Of a stretch of DNA of 53,096 bases, positions 26,474-35,897 are shown one piece after another. The notes below the pieces were generated by a model. The model saw only the letters and a list, made by a program, of their open reading frames with translations. It was not told the DNA's origin and made no database searches. Origin of the DNA: Roseococcus sp. (GTDB taxonomy: Bacteria; Pseudomonadota; Alphaproteobacteria; Acetobacterales; Acetobacteraceae). The position numbers were made by a program, and so were the translations under genes. Each line of letters starts with the position of its first letter. The stretch's first letter is position 1. The stretch lies in contig JBKBSR010000001.1 of NCBI GenBank assembly GCA_046291055.1, positions 1-53,096 of the forward strand, given 5' to 3'.

Positions 26474-29280
26474 TGCGCAGCGCGCGGCTCCTGCGCCTCG
26501 CGGTCCTGGCCGCCACGGCCGCCATCCTGCTCGCCCAGGCGCTGGCCACGGCGCTGCTGCTGGAGCGGTCGCACCGCGCCGCGCTGGAGCTGGCGCGCGA
26601 GACGGTGGCGCGCGTCGCGCGCTCGGTGGAGGCGGCGATCAACCGCAACCTCCTCCAGGTGGATTCCCTGCTGCTCGGCCTTCCGGTGCTGCTGCAGCCC
26701 GTGGTGCAGGGCAACCGGCTGGACGGCGCCGCGGCCAGCCTGCCGCTGCGGGAGCTGGCCAACCAGAACTTCGCCGTGCGCGACCTGCTGCTGGTGGGGG
26801 CGGACAATCTTCCCGTGGCGACGGCGCTTGCGGTGTCGCGCCGCCGGCCCCTGCCGCTGCCGCTCGGCGACGCCTACGCCGATACAGGCGTTCCCGGGGG
26901 CGTGTTGCGGATCGGCGGGCCGGTGCGCAACCCGATGACAGGCGAATGGTCGGTGTTCTTCGCCCGGCCGGTGACGCTGCGCGGCGTCGGGGCGCTCACC
27001 GCGGTGGCCGAACTTCCGGTCTCGGCCCTGGGCGGGCTCCTTGCGGCGGGGGGCGAGCCCTCGGGCCTGCGCGTGACGCTCGAGCGGCGCGACGGCACGC
27101 TGGTCGCCTCGCTGCCGCATGACGAGGGCCGGATCGGCACGCGGCTGCCGCGCGGCGGAACCCCCTCGCACATCGAGGTCTCCCGGTTCGACGGCCAGCC
27201 GGTGCTGGGCATCGAGCGCCCTACCCTCTACCCGGCCATGGCGGTGGTGGTGACGATGGACCGCAGCGCGGCCCTGGCCGCTTGGCGGGCGGAGTTGACG
27301 CGCGCCATCCTCGTCTCGCTGGGGCTCGGGGCGCTGGTGGTGGCGCTGGCGGGGCTGCTCCTGCTCTCGCTGGGCCAGCGCGCCCGGGTGGAGGAGGAAC
27401 GGCAGCGCTGGCGCGCCCGGCTGGAAAGCGCGCTCGACAGCATGAACGACGGCTTCGTGATGTTCGACGCCGAGGATCGGCTGGTCATCTGCAACCAGCG
27501 CTACAAGGAGCTCTATGCGGCCTCCGCCCCCTACATCGTCGAGGGGGCGCATTTCGACGACATCATGCGCGGCGGCATCCGCAACGGGCAGTATCCGCAG
27601 TTCCAGGGCGATCCCGAGCGGTTCATCCGGGAGCTCAAGGCCTGGCGGCGCTCCAACGGCCCGCCCATCGAGCGCCTTCTGCCCGACGGGCGCTGGGTGC
27701 TGATCACCGAGCGCCCCATGCCCGATGGCGGCACCGTGGGCATCCGCACCGACATCACCGCGCTCAAGCGCGCCATGCATGAGGTGGAGCAGGCGGCCGA
27801 GGCCAAGACCATGTTCCTCGCGCGCATGTCGCACGAGCTGCGCACGCCGCTGAACGCCATCCTGGGCTTCGCGCAGCTCCTGCTCTCCAGCGGCAACCTG
27901 ACGGCGACGCAGTACGAGCAGCTTCGCCTGCTGCACGAGGCGGGGCACCACCTGCGCGACCTGGTGAACAGCCTGCTCGATCTCGCCAAGATCAACGCCG
28001 GCAAGCTGGAGCTGGAGCTCGCGCCCACGCCCCTCCCGGCGCTGCTCGAGGGCTGCGCGGGGCTGCTCGGCCCCGAGGCGCAGCGCAAGGGCGTGGAGCT
28101 TCGCCTGGAGCGCGCCCCCGGCCTGCCCGAGGTGGTGGAGGCGGACGCCACCCGGCTGCGCCAGATGGTGCTGAACCTGCTCTCCAACGCGGTGAAGTTC
28201 ACCCCCGGCGGAGGCCTTGTCGTGCTGCGCGCCGCGCCGCTCGCGGGCGGGACGGTGCGGATCGAGGTGCAGGACAGCGGGCCCGGCGTGCCCGAGGCCA
28301 AGCGCCATCTGCTCTTCCAGGATTTCACGCAGCTCGGCCGGGCGGGCGATGCGGAGAGTCCGGGCACCGGCCTCGGCCTCGCCATCACCGCGCGGCTCGC
28401 GGCGCTGATGAAGGGGCGCGTCGGCGTGGACAGCCGGGAGGGCAGGGGCGCGACCTTCTGGATCGAGCTGCCCCTGCGCCCGGCCAGCCTGCCGCCCGCC
28501 CAGCCGGCCGCGCCTGACGCGGCGCCGCCTCTGCCGCCGCTGCGGTTGCTGGTGGCCGACGACATCGCCCCGAACCGCATTCTGATGCGCGCCATGCTGA
28601 CCGCGGCCGGGCACGAGGTCACGCTCGCTTCGGACGGGGCGGAGGCGCTGGCTCAGGTGCGGACCGGCGCCTTCGACGCGGTGCTGATGGATGTGCGGAT
28701 GCCGGGCATGGACGGGCTGGAGGCGACGCGGCGCATCCGGGCGCTGCCCGGGCCGGTGAGCCGCACGGTGGTGATCGCCGTCACGGCCTCGGCCCTGCCG
28801 GAGGAGATCGCGGAGTGCGAGGCCGCCGGCATGGACGCGCACATCGCCAAGCCCGTCGACCGGGAGGCGCTGTTCGCGCTGCTGCGCCGGCTGTGTGAGG
28901 AGAAGCGCCGCGGCGCGCCCTCCGGCGCATCGCCGGAGGGCCCCGGGCGGGCGCTGCTGCAGGAGTTCGGCGCCTCCGGCCCCGTCCTGCTGCGGGAGTT
29001 CATGGCGGAGCTGGAGGCCGTCGCTGCCGAACTCCAGGGGCCGGAGGCGCAGGCCGACACGGAGCGCCTGCACGCCCTGTTCCACCGCGGCCTGGGCGCC
29101 AGCGCCACGCTGGGCGCGGAACCGCTGCGCGCCGCCTTCGATGAGGCGACCGCACGGCTTCGCCAGGGCGACGCGGCCGCGGCCGTCCTCGGGCCCCTGC
29201 GCGAGCGGCTGGCGGCCGAACTGCCGACGCTGCGCGAGACGCTGCACGTCGCCGTCGAGGCCGGCACGCCGGCCGCCTGA
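26473..29280 (+). CDS. Hybrid sensor histidine kinase (TM-Cache-like-TM-PAS-HisKA-HATPase-REC-Hpt-like)
   Basis: PAS ALDSMNDGFVMFDAEDRLVICNQRY; H-box MSHELRTPLNAI; N-box NLLSNAVKFT; DSGPG; GTGLGL; REC VADD..VLMDVRMPGMDG..AKP; Hpt-like LFHRGLGASATLGA. TGATG overlap with dctP. Confidence 0.92.
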   Translation: MRSARLLRLAVLAATAAILLAQALATALLLERSHRAALELARETVARVARSVEAAINRNLLQVDSLLLGLPVLLQPVVQGNRLDGAAASLPLRELANQNFAVRDLLLVGADNLPVATALAVSRRRPLPLPLGDAYADTGVPGGVLRIGGPVRNPMTGEWSVFFARPVTLRGVGALTAVAELPVSALGGLLAAGGEPSGLRVTLERRDGTLVASLPHDEGRIGTRLPRGGTPSHIEVSRFDGQPVLGIERPTLYPAMAVVVTMDRSAALAAWRAELTRAILVSLGLGALVVALAGLLLLSLGQRARVEEERQRWRARLESALDSMNDGFVMFDAEDRLVICNQRYKELYAASAPYIVEGAHFDDIMRGGIRNGQYPQFQGDPERFIRELKAWRRSNGPPIERLLPDGRWVLITERPMPDGGTVGIRTDITALKRAMHEVEQAAEAKTMFLARMSHELRTPLNAILGFAQLLLSSGNLTATQYEQLRLLHEAGHHLRDLVNSLLDLAKINAGKLELELAPTPLPALLEGCAGLLGPEAQRKGVELRLERAPGLPEVVEADATRLRQMVLNLLSNAVKFTPGGGLVVLRAAPLAGGTVRIEVQDSGPGVPEAKRHLLFQDFTQLGRAGDAESPGTGLGLAITARLAALMKGRVGVDSREGRGATFWIELPLRPASLPPAQPAAPDAAPPLPPLRLLVADDIAPNRILMRAMLTAAGHEVTLASDGAEALAQVRTGAFDAVLMDVRMPGMDGLEATRRIRALPGPVSRTVVIAVTASALPEEIAECEAAGMDAHIAKPVDREALFALLRRLCEEKRRGAPSGASPEGPGRALLQEFGASGPVLLREFMAELEAVAAELQGPEAQADTERLHALFHRGLGASATLGAEPLRAAFDEATARLRQGDAAAAVLGPLRERLAAELPTLRETLHVAVEAGTPAA

Positions 29281-29415
29281 TGCAGGCGGCATGACATGCC
29301 GCCCGCAGCGCGCAGGCCGGGGCGGCGCCACCGGACGCGGCAAGCCGCGTCGGGGCCCGGTGTGCCGGCTCTGCGCGGGAACAAGGCGCATGCCAGCGGC
29401 CGCGGGGATGGGCGG

Positions 29416-31008
29416 CTACCAGATGGAATCGAAGCCGGGCCCCTGCGGCAGCGAGAGGAACTCGCTGGCCGTGGTGAGGTTGGAGAGCACCGCGGCCATG
29501 AAGGCGGGGCGCATGTCCTGCCCGCCCTGCGCCATGGAGGCCCAGGCGTTCAGCGCGCCGCTGTTCAGCGTCCCGCCCGCCGCCTCCTGGAAGAAGGCGG
29601 AGAAGAACTCGGCCTGGGTCATGTGCCCCCAGCGCGCCTGGAACTGGGGCGTCTTGACGACCTCGGCGGCGAGGCCGCGCAGGTCGAACACGCCGACGTC
29701 GAGCCCCCATTGCCAGCCGAGCGACCAGGCGCCGAAGTCGAGCCCCATCCCGACCTTTCCCAGGGCGCCCAGCACCTCCATGTGCTTGCGCGGGACATAG
29801 AAGCCCTGTTCCGCGCGGCTTTCGAAATCGGCCAGACCGCGGCGCCACTCCACGATGTCGAGGATGAACTGCTCGCGGGTGATGACGCCTGCATTGATCC
29901 GCCCCGCGTGCCAGTTGATCGCGTCCTGCCCGATGTCCCAGGAGATGGCGTTGGAGTAGATGGAGCGGACGAAGTCCGAGGCGCTCATGCTCTTGTACGC
30001 CTTGCCCTGGGCGTAGTGGGTCATGATGGCGTCCACGAAATCCTTCGCGGTGGCGCCATGGGCGCGCATGGCGGTGACCACGGCGCCCATCATGCGCGCC
30101 GAGGGGGTGACGTTGAGCATGGTGTCCCAGATCAGCCAGGCCGTGGCCGCCTCGCCGCCCTTGCGGAAATCCATGTAGCCCGAGCCGAGGTCGAGGATGA
30201 CCGGCGCCTCGAACCAGACCGCTTTGCCGTCCTCGCGCGTGACGCCGACGAGCCCTCCCTCCTTGCGGATGGAGGCGACGTCCCAGGCCGGCACATAGCC
30301 CGAGACGACGCCGGGGCTGGCCCAGGACATGCCGTGCTTGGTCACGCCGGGCAGAAGGTAGTCGATCGGCTCGCGGCTCACGCCCGGGTCCGGCAGCACC
30401 TCGAAGGTGAGGGTGAAGGCGCTGGACTGGTTGCCGTCGGAGACGGTGACGATGATGCTGCGCTCGCGCCCATCGGCGAGGCTGAGGGAGACCCCCTGCT
30501 TCAGCCGCAGGACATTGCCCACGATCTCGAACTGCCAGGCGTCCTGCTCGTCCAGCATGAAGGTGAAGCCGGAGGCGGTGTCCGGATCGCTCACCGCCAG
30601 GGTTCCGATCACGGCGCCCGGCCTGTCGGCGCGCACCTGGCCGCCGGTCTGGAAGGCGAGTCCCTGGGGCGGCGTGTCGTCGATGTCCACCACCGTGACG
30701 GCGAAGCCGCGGTCGCTGACGGCCTGGGTGCCGTCCGTCATGAAGAAGCGCAGCCGCAGGTCGAGCGCCATGGAGACGCCCATAGACTTGAACCACTCCG
30801 CGTCCACGCGCGCGGAGGGCACGATGGTGATCACGCCGTTCGCGCGGTTGAGCATCGCGTCGAAGAAGTTGCCGGCGAAACCGTCCACTTCGAGGAAGAG
30901 CACCTCGTTCGGATTGCTGTTGAGCCGAAGGCCGCCCGACCACTCCCAAGGCGCCGTGTTCTCGACGATTGTGGAGGGCAGGCTCCCCGTCACGCTGAGG
31001 GTTCGCAT
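29416..31008 (-). CDS. 530-aa putative surface protein with two cadherin-like domains and tandem DUF4214-like helical domains
   Basis: Cadherin-like motifs IVEN, VTVVDIDDTPP, GAVIGTLAVSDPD, VTVSDG. DUF4214-like repeats MSASDFVRSIYSNA..W...I..G.ITREQF and MTQAEFFSAFFQEA..G...W. No Sec or Tat signal. Confidence 0.75.
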   Translation of the reverse strand: MRTLSVTGSLPSTIVENTAPWEWSGGLRLNSNPNEVLFLEVDGFAGNFFDAMLNRANGVITIVPSARVDAEWFKSMGVSMALDLRLRFFMTDGTQAVSDRGFAVTVVDIDDTPPQGLAFQTGGQVRADRPGAVIGTLAVSDPDTASGFTFMLDEQDAWQFEIVGNVLRLKQGVSLSLADGRERSIIVTVSDGNQSSAFTLTFEVLPDPGVSREPIDYLLPGVTKHGMSWASPGVVSGYVPAWDVASIRKEGGLVGVTREDGKAVWFEAPVILDLGSGYMDFRKGGEAATAWLIWDTMLNVTPSARMMGAVVTAMRAHGATAKDFVDAIMTHYAQGKAYKSMSASDFVRSIYSNAISWDIGQDAINWHAGRINAGVITREQFILDIVEWRRGLADFESRAEQGFYVPRKHMEVLGALGKVGMGLDFGAWSLGWQWGLDVGVFDLRGLAAEVVKTPQFQARWGHMTQAEFFSAFFQEAAGGTLNSGALNAWASMAQGGQDMRPAFMAAVLSNLTTASEFLSLPQGPGFDSIW

Positions 31009-31056
31009 CCTGCGCTTCCGCTCTGGTTGGCCTGGGCGCTTTGTCCCCGGCCGACC

Positions 31057-31071
31057 TGAAGGGAGCGTTAA
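31057..31071 (-). promoter_or_regulatory. CtrA-like box upstream of the cadherin/DUF4214 gene
   Basis: Minus strand TTAA-CGCTCCC-TTCA (one mismatch to TTAA-N7-TTAA), 49-63 bp upstream of ATG 31008. Confidence 0.4.
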
Positions 31072-31075
31072 GGCC

Positions 31076-31807
31076 TCAGGCGGCGAGCCGCGCCGCGAGG
31101 GTGAGCAGGACCGCGGCGTTCAGGAGGAACAGGACGGCCCCCGCGGCCGGCGCCGCGCTGGGGAGCAACTGGCGCAGCCCTCGCCCGAAGAAGGCGAGGG
31201 CGATCAGGGCGGGCATGGTGCCCGCGACGAAGGCGACCATGGCGAGCGCCCCGGCGAGCGCGCTGCCCGAGGCGGCCGCCCCGGCCAGGGCGGCGTAGAG
31301 CAGCCCGCAGGGCAGGGCGGAGAGAAGCACCCCGAGCCGGACGCCGCGCCAGCCCGTCGGCGCGGCCATCAGGGGCGCAAGCCGCGCCTCCAGCGCCCGT
31401 GCGAAGGGCGGCGCGGGCATCCTCGGCAGCCAGGCCGAGAGCCGGGCGGAGGCCTGCGCCAGCATGAGCAGCGCGGCGAGCAGGAGCAGCCCGGCGGCGA
31501 TCAGCCGGAGGCCGCTGGCCTGCGCGAAGAGCGCGCCCGCCCCGCCGGCCAGCGCGCCCAGCAGCCCGTACCCGATCGCCCGCCCCGCGTGATAGGGCAG
31601 CAGCGCCGCGCCGGTGAGGCGGCGCAGCAAGCCCCCGGCAAGGGAATCGGGCGCGATGGCGGCGGTCTGGGAGAGCACGAAGGGCCCGCACATGCCGACG
31701 CAATGGGTGAGGCCGCCGGCCAGCCCGGCCAGGAAGAGGGCGCCCAGCAGCGCCGGCAACCCCCCGGGGCCGAGGGCCGCGAGGTCATGAAGGCAATCAC
31801 CCCACAT
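31076..31807 (-). CDS. DsbD_2 / TauE-SafE-like membrane protein (cytochrome biogenesis-associated)
   Basis: GGLTHCVGMCGP, YHAGR..GY, LPCGLLYAAL, M.AF..GT.PAL. Confidence 0.87.
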   Translation of the reverse strand: MWGDCLHDLAALGPGGLPALLGALFLAGLAGGLTHCVGMCGPFVLSQTAAIAPDSLAGGLLRRLTGAALLPYHAGRAIGYGLLGALAGGAGALFAQASGLRLIAAGLLLLAALLMLAQASARLSAWLPRMPAPPFARALEARLAPLMAAPTGWRGVRLGVLLSALPCGLLYAALAGAAASGSALAGALAMVAFVAGTMPALIALAFFGRGLRQLLPSAAPAAGAVLFLLNAAVLLTLAARLAA

Positions 31808-31895
31808 GTTCAGATGGGTGCGCCGAAGCGAGGCCTCCCGCCTTGCGCCCGATCAAGCCCGCCACTGTGCCCCTCGACAAATTGCCAGCTGGTAT

Positions 31896-31924
31896 GCGTC
31901 ACACAAGCTTCATGAAAGTGAAAC
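31896..31924 (+). promoter_or_regulatory. Pho box (PhoB site) upstream of pstS
   Basis: 11-bp periodic units GCGTCAC-ACAA-GCTTCAT-GAAA-GTGAAAC resembling CTGTCAT-N4-CTGTCAY, 80 bp before pstS. Confidence 0.7.
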
Positions 31925-32003
31925 GCGCTGGTCTTTCCATGCCTCTAACTGCCCGGCGTCCGCCCGTCGCCCCGGGCGCGGGCCCTGTTGCACGGAGACG
32001 CCA

Positions 32004-33071
32004 GTGAACCGTCGTTCCCTCTTCGCCCTCGCCGCCTCCGGCGTGGCCGCCCCCGCCCTCCTGCGCCCGGCCTTCGCCCAGCAGGTGCAGATCACCGGTG
32101 CCGGCGCCACCTTCCCCCGTCCGCTCTATGACCGCTGGAGCGCGGCGGCGCGCGAGGCGATCGGCGTCTCGCTCAACTACCAGTCCATCGGCTCGGGCGG
32201 CGGCATCAACCAGATCACGGCCCGCACGGTGGATTTCGGCGCCTCCGACGCGCCGCTGAGCACGGCGCAGCTCACCGAGCGCAACCTTCTTCAGTTCCCC
32301 ACCGTGATGGGCTCGGTCGTGCTCTCGGTGAACATCCCCGGTGTCGCCGACAACGCCCTGCGCCTGACGCCCGAACTGATCATCGAGATCTTCTTCGGCC
32401 GCGTGCAGTTCTGGAACGATCCGCGCCTCGTCGAGCTGAACCGCGATCTGCGCCTGCCGCGCCTGCCCGTCTCGGTCGGCTACCGCGCGGACGGTTCGGG
32501 CACGACCTGGGTGTGGACCACCTACCTCTCGCGCATCTCCGAGGAGTGGCGCAACGGCCCCGGCGCCGGCACCTCCGTGCGCTGGCCCTTCGGCAACGGC
32601 GCGCGGGGCAATGAAGGCGTCTCCAACATCATCCGCAACACCCCGGGGGCCATCGGCTACATCGAGAACGCCTACGCCGTGGTGAACCGGATGATCACCA
32701 CGCAGATCCGCAACAAGGCGGGCCAGTTCGTCCGCCCCGTGCCCGAGACCTTCAACGCCACCGCCGCGGCGGCCGACTGGACGGCGCCGAACTTCGCGCC
32801 CGACACCATCGACCTCGCCCTGCCCAATGTGTGGCCCGCCACGTCGCCCACCTACATCCTGCTGCCGACCAACCCGGTCGCGGAGCGCGTGGCGGGCAGC
32901 CGCAACACCATGCGCTTCTTCGACTGGGCCTTCCGCAACGGCTCGCAGATCGCGTCCAGCCTCGAGTACATCCCCCTGCCCAACTCGGCGCACGACCTGA
33001 TCCGCGCCGCCTGGGCGCGCTCGGTGCGCGACCCCTCGGGCAACCCGATCTGGACGGGCTCCGCGGCCTGA
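32004..33071 (+). CDS. pstS: Phosphate ABC transporter substrate-binding protein
   Basis: GTG start after GGAG; Tat-like NRRSLF signal; ITGAGATFP, YQSIGSGGG, VDFGASD, RADGSGTT. Confidence 0.96.
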   Translation: MNRRSLFALAASGVAAPALLRPAFAQQVQITGAGATFPRPLYDRWSAAAREAIGVSLNYQSIGSGGGINQITARTVDFGASDAPLSTAQLTERNLLQFPTVMGSVVLSVNIPGVADNALRLTPELIIEIFFGRVQFWNDPRLVELNRDLRLPRLPVSVGYRADGSGTTWVWTTYLSRISEEWRNGPGAGTSVRWPFGNGARGNEGVSNIIRNTPGAIGYIENAYAVVNRMITTQIRNKAGQFVRPVPETFNATAAAADWTAPNFAPDTIDLALPNVWPATSPTYILLPTNPVAERVAGSRNTMRFFDWAFRNGSQIASSLEYIPLPNSAHDLIRAAWARSVRDPSGNPIWTGSAA

Positions 33072-33081
33072 GGCTTCTTCC

Positions 33082-33109
33082 GGAGGGGGCGCCGCAGGGC
33101 GCCCCCTCC
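33082..33109 (+). terminator. 12-bp stem-loop between pstS and pstC (partial terminator or mRNA stabiliser)
   Basis: GGAGGGGGCGCC-gcag-GGCGCCCCCTCC followed by CTCCCTTT. Confidence 0.65.
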
Positions 33110-33137
33110 CTCCCTTTCGCCGCAACTGCGAGGTTCC

Positions 33138-34109
33138 GTGTCCGCCAGCACCATCTCCGCCCCGCCGATCGGGCAGCGCCGCAGGGTCGGCGAGACCGGC
33201 GACAAGATCTTCGCGGCCCTGTGCATCGGGTCCGGCGGTTTCGTTCTCGTCCTGCTCGGGGCGATCATCGTCACGCTGTTCATCGGCGGTCTGCCGGCCT
33301 TCCAGCGCTTCGGCGTGGAGTTCATCTGGGGCACGGTGTGGAACCCGGTCGAGGGGCGCGAGGAGTTCGGTGCGGGCGTCTCCATCCTCGGCACCGTCGT
33401 CTCCTCGCTGCTCGCCATCGTCTTCGCCGTGCCGGTGGCCTTCGGCATCGCCTTCTTCCTGACCGAACTCGCGCCCGGCTGGCTGAAGCGGCCCATCGGC
33501 ACCGCCATCGAGCTGCTGGCGGCCGTTCCCTCCATCATCTACGGCATGTGGGGCCTCTTCGTCGTCGTGCCCTTCGTGCAGAAGAACATCCAGCTCGCCC
33601 TCGGCGAGCAGCTTGCCGCCATCCCGCTGGTGGGCTTCCTGTTCGACAGCACGAACTTCGCGGGCACCTCGCTGTTCTCGGCTTCCATCGTGCTCGCCAT
33701 CATGATCCTGCCCTTCATCGCCGCCACGATGCGCGACGTGTTCGAGCAGGTGCCGCCTGTGTACAAGGAAAGCGCCTACGGCCTGGGCGCGACCCGCTGG
33801 GAGGTGATGACGGGCGTGGTCATCCCCTACACCCGCGTCTCGGTGGTGGGCGGCATCATGCTCGGCCTCGGCCGCGCGCTGGGCGAGACCATGGCGGTCA
33901 CCTTCGTGATCGGCAACGCCAACCGCATCGCCACCTCGCTCTTCGACTCGACGACGACCATCGCCTCCGTCATCGCCATGGAGTTCCCCGAAAGCCTGGC
34001 GGGCAGCCTGCAGCAGTCGGCGCTCTTCGCCCTCGGCTTCCTGCTCTTCGTCATCTCCTTCCTCGTGCTGGCGGTCTCGCGCTGGCTGCTCCGACCCCGG
34101 CTGAAGTGA
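33138..34109 (+). CDS. pstC: Phosphate ABC transporter permease PstC
   Basis: IELLAAVPSIIYGMWG, ESAYGLGATRWE, GRALGETMAV. Confidence 0.96.
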   Translation: MSASTISAPPIGQRRRVGETGDKIFAALCIGSGGFVLVLLGAIIVTLFIGGLPAFQRFGVEFIWGTVWNPVEGREEFGAGVSILGTVVSSLLAIVFAVPVAFGIAFFLTELAPGWLKRPIGTAIELLAAVPSIIYGMWGLFVVVPFVQKNIQLALGEQLAAIPLVGFLFDSTNFAGTSLFSASIVLAIMILPFIAATMRDVFEQVPPVYKESAYGLGATRWEVMTGVVIPYTRVSVVGGIMLGLGRALGETMAVTFVIGNANRIATSLFDSTTTIASVIAMEFPESLAGSLQQSALFALGFLLFVISFLVLAVSRWLLRPRLK

Positions 34110-34119
34110 GGGCCAGGCC

Positions 34120-35028
34120 ATGAGCGTGACGACCGCGGGCGCCTTCGTCCGCAGCCCCGAGGAGGTGAGGATCCAGCGCGCGCTGGGCCGCCGCCGCAAG
34201 CTCATGGACGGGCTGGTGCGGTGGTTCTGCCTGGCCGCGACCGCTGTGGGGCTGTTCTTCCTCGCCTCCATCATGGTCACGCTGCTCTGGCGCGGCGTGG
34301 TGGCGCTCGACTGGATCGTGCTGACGCAGGAGTTCCAGCCCACCCGCTACGGCGACGACTCGCTCCCCAAGGGGGGCCTCGTCCACGCCATCGTGGGCAG
34401 CCTGATCCAGACGGCGATCGCCACCGCCATCGGCACGCCCATAGGGCTGCTGGTGGGCACCTACCTCTCCGAATACGCGCGCGGGTCGAAGTTCGGCTAC
34501 GCGGTGCGCTTCATCTCCGACATCCTGCTTTCAGCGCCCTCGGTGCTGATCGGCCTGTTCATCTACCAGATCTTCGTGCTGCCGACGGGCGGCTTCTCCG
34601 GCATGGCGGGGGCGCTGGCGCTGGCCATCATCGTGATCCCCGTGGTGGTGCGCACCACGGAGGACATGCTCCAGCTCATCCCCAACACGCTGCGCGAGGC
34701 GGTGGTGGCGCTGGGCGCGCCGAAGTGGAAGATGATCACGCTGGTGGCCTGGCGCGCGGCGCTCTCCGGAATCCTCACGGGCATCCTGCTCGCCTTCGCG
34801 CGGATCATGGGCGAGACGGCGCCGCTGCTGCTCACCAGCTTCGGCAACAACATCCTCAGCACCGACCTGTCCAGGGCGATGGCCAGCCTGCCCGTCTCCA
34901 TCTACCAGCAGGCCAACTCCGGCTTCCCCGACCTGATCGAGATCGCCTGGTCGGGTGCGCTGCTGGTCACGCTCACGGTGCTTCTCGTCAACATCCTCGC
35001 GCGCATCGCGCTGCGCAAGCGCAAGTAG
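34120..35028 (+). CDS. pstA: Phosphate ABC transporter permease PstA
   Basis: [36 protein letters not shown]. Confidence 0.96.
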   Translation: MSVTTAGAFVRSPEEVRIQRALGRRRKLMDGLVRWFCLAATAVGLFFLASIMVTLLWRGVVALDWIVLTQEFQPTRYGDDSLPKGGLVHAIVGSLIQTAIATAIGTPIGLLVGTYLSEYARGSKFGYAVRFISDILLSAPSVLIGLFIYQIFVLPTGGFSGMAGALALAIIVIPVVVRTTEDMLQLIPNTLREAVVALGAPKWKMITLVAWRAALSGILTGILLAFARIMGETAPLLLTSFGNNILSTDLSRAMASLPVSIYQQANSGFPDLIEIAWSGALLVTLTVLLVNILARIALRKRK

Positions 35029-35041
35029 CGGAGCCCTCTCC

Positions 35042-35884
35042 ATGAACGACCAGGTCCAGCCCGTGGCGGAGACCAGCGCCGGCTTCGGCGGCATGCAGGC
35101 CCGCTCGGAGGCGGCGATCAACCGGGTCTCGCGCATCTCGGTGCGCAACCTCGACTTCGTCTATGGCGAGGGGCTGCCCAAGGCTCTGAGGGGCATCAAC
35201 CTCGAGTTTCCCGACCGGCAGGTGACCGGCATGATCGGCCCCTCTGGCTGCGGCAAGTCCACGCTGCTGCGCGTCCTCAATCGCATGTACAGCCTCTATC
35301 CCGGGCAGAAGGCCACGGGCGAGGTGCTGATGGACGGGCGCAACCTGCTGGATGCGAACGTGGACATCAACGAGCTGCGCTCGAAGATCGGCATGGTGTT
35401 CCAGAAGCCCACGCCCTTTCCGATGACGATCTACGAGAACATCGCCTTCGGCGTGCGCCTGCACGAGAAGCTCTCCAGGAAGGAGATGGACGAGCGGGTG
35501 GAATGGGCGCTCTCCCGCGCCGCCATCTGGGACGAGGTGAAGGACCGGCTGCAGACCAACGCCATGGGCCTATCGGGCGGGCAGCAGCAGCGGCTGTGCA
35601 TCGCGCGCACCATCGCCGTCCGGCCCGAGGTGATCCTGTTCGACGAGCCCACCTCCGCGCTCGATCCCATCTCCACGCTCAAGATCGAGGAGCTGATCGA
35701 CGAGCTGAAGCGCGACTTCACCATCGCCATCGTCACGCACAACATGCAGCAGGCCGCGCGCTGCGCGGACCAGGTGGCGTTCTTCTACCTCGGCGAGCTG
35801 ATCGAGGTGGCGCCGGCGGCGCAGATGTTCACCTCGCCGCGCGAGCAGAAGACGCAGGAATACATCACCGGCCGGTTCGGCTGA
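35042..35884 (+). CDS. pstB: Phosphate ABC transporter ATPase PstB
   Basis: [39 protein letters not shown]. Confidence 0.97.
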   Translation: MNDQVQPVAETSAGFGGMQARSEAAINRVSRISVRNLDFVYGEGLPKALRGINLEFPDRQVTGMIGPSGCGKSTLLRVLNRMYSLYPGQKATGEVLMDGRNLLDANVDINELRSKIGMVFQKPTPFPMTIYENIAFGVRLHEKLSRKEMDERVEWALSRAAIWDEVKDRLQTNAMGLSGGQQQRLCIARTIAVRPEVILFDEPTSALDPISTLKIEELIDELKRDFTIAIVTHNMQQAARCADQVAFFYLGELIEVAPAAQMFTSPREQKTQEYITGRFG

Positions 35885-35897
35885 GGAGCCCCGAGAG

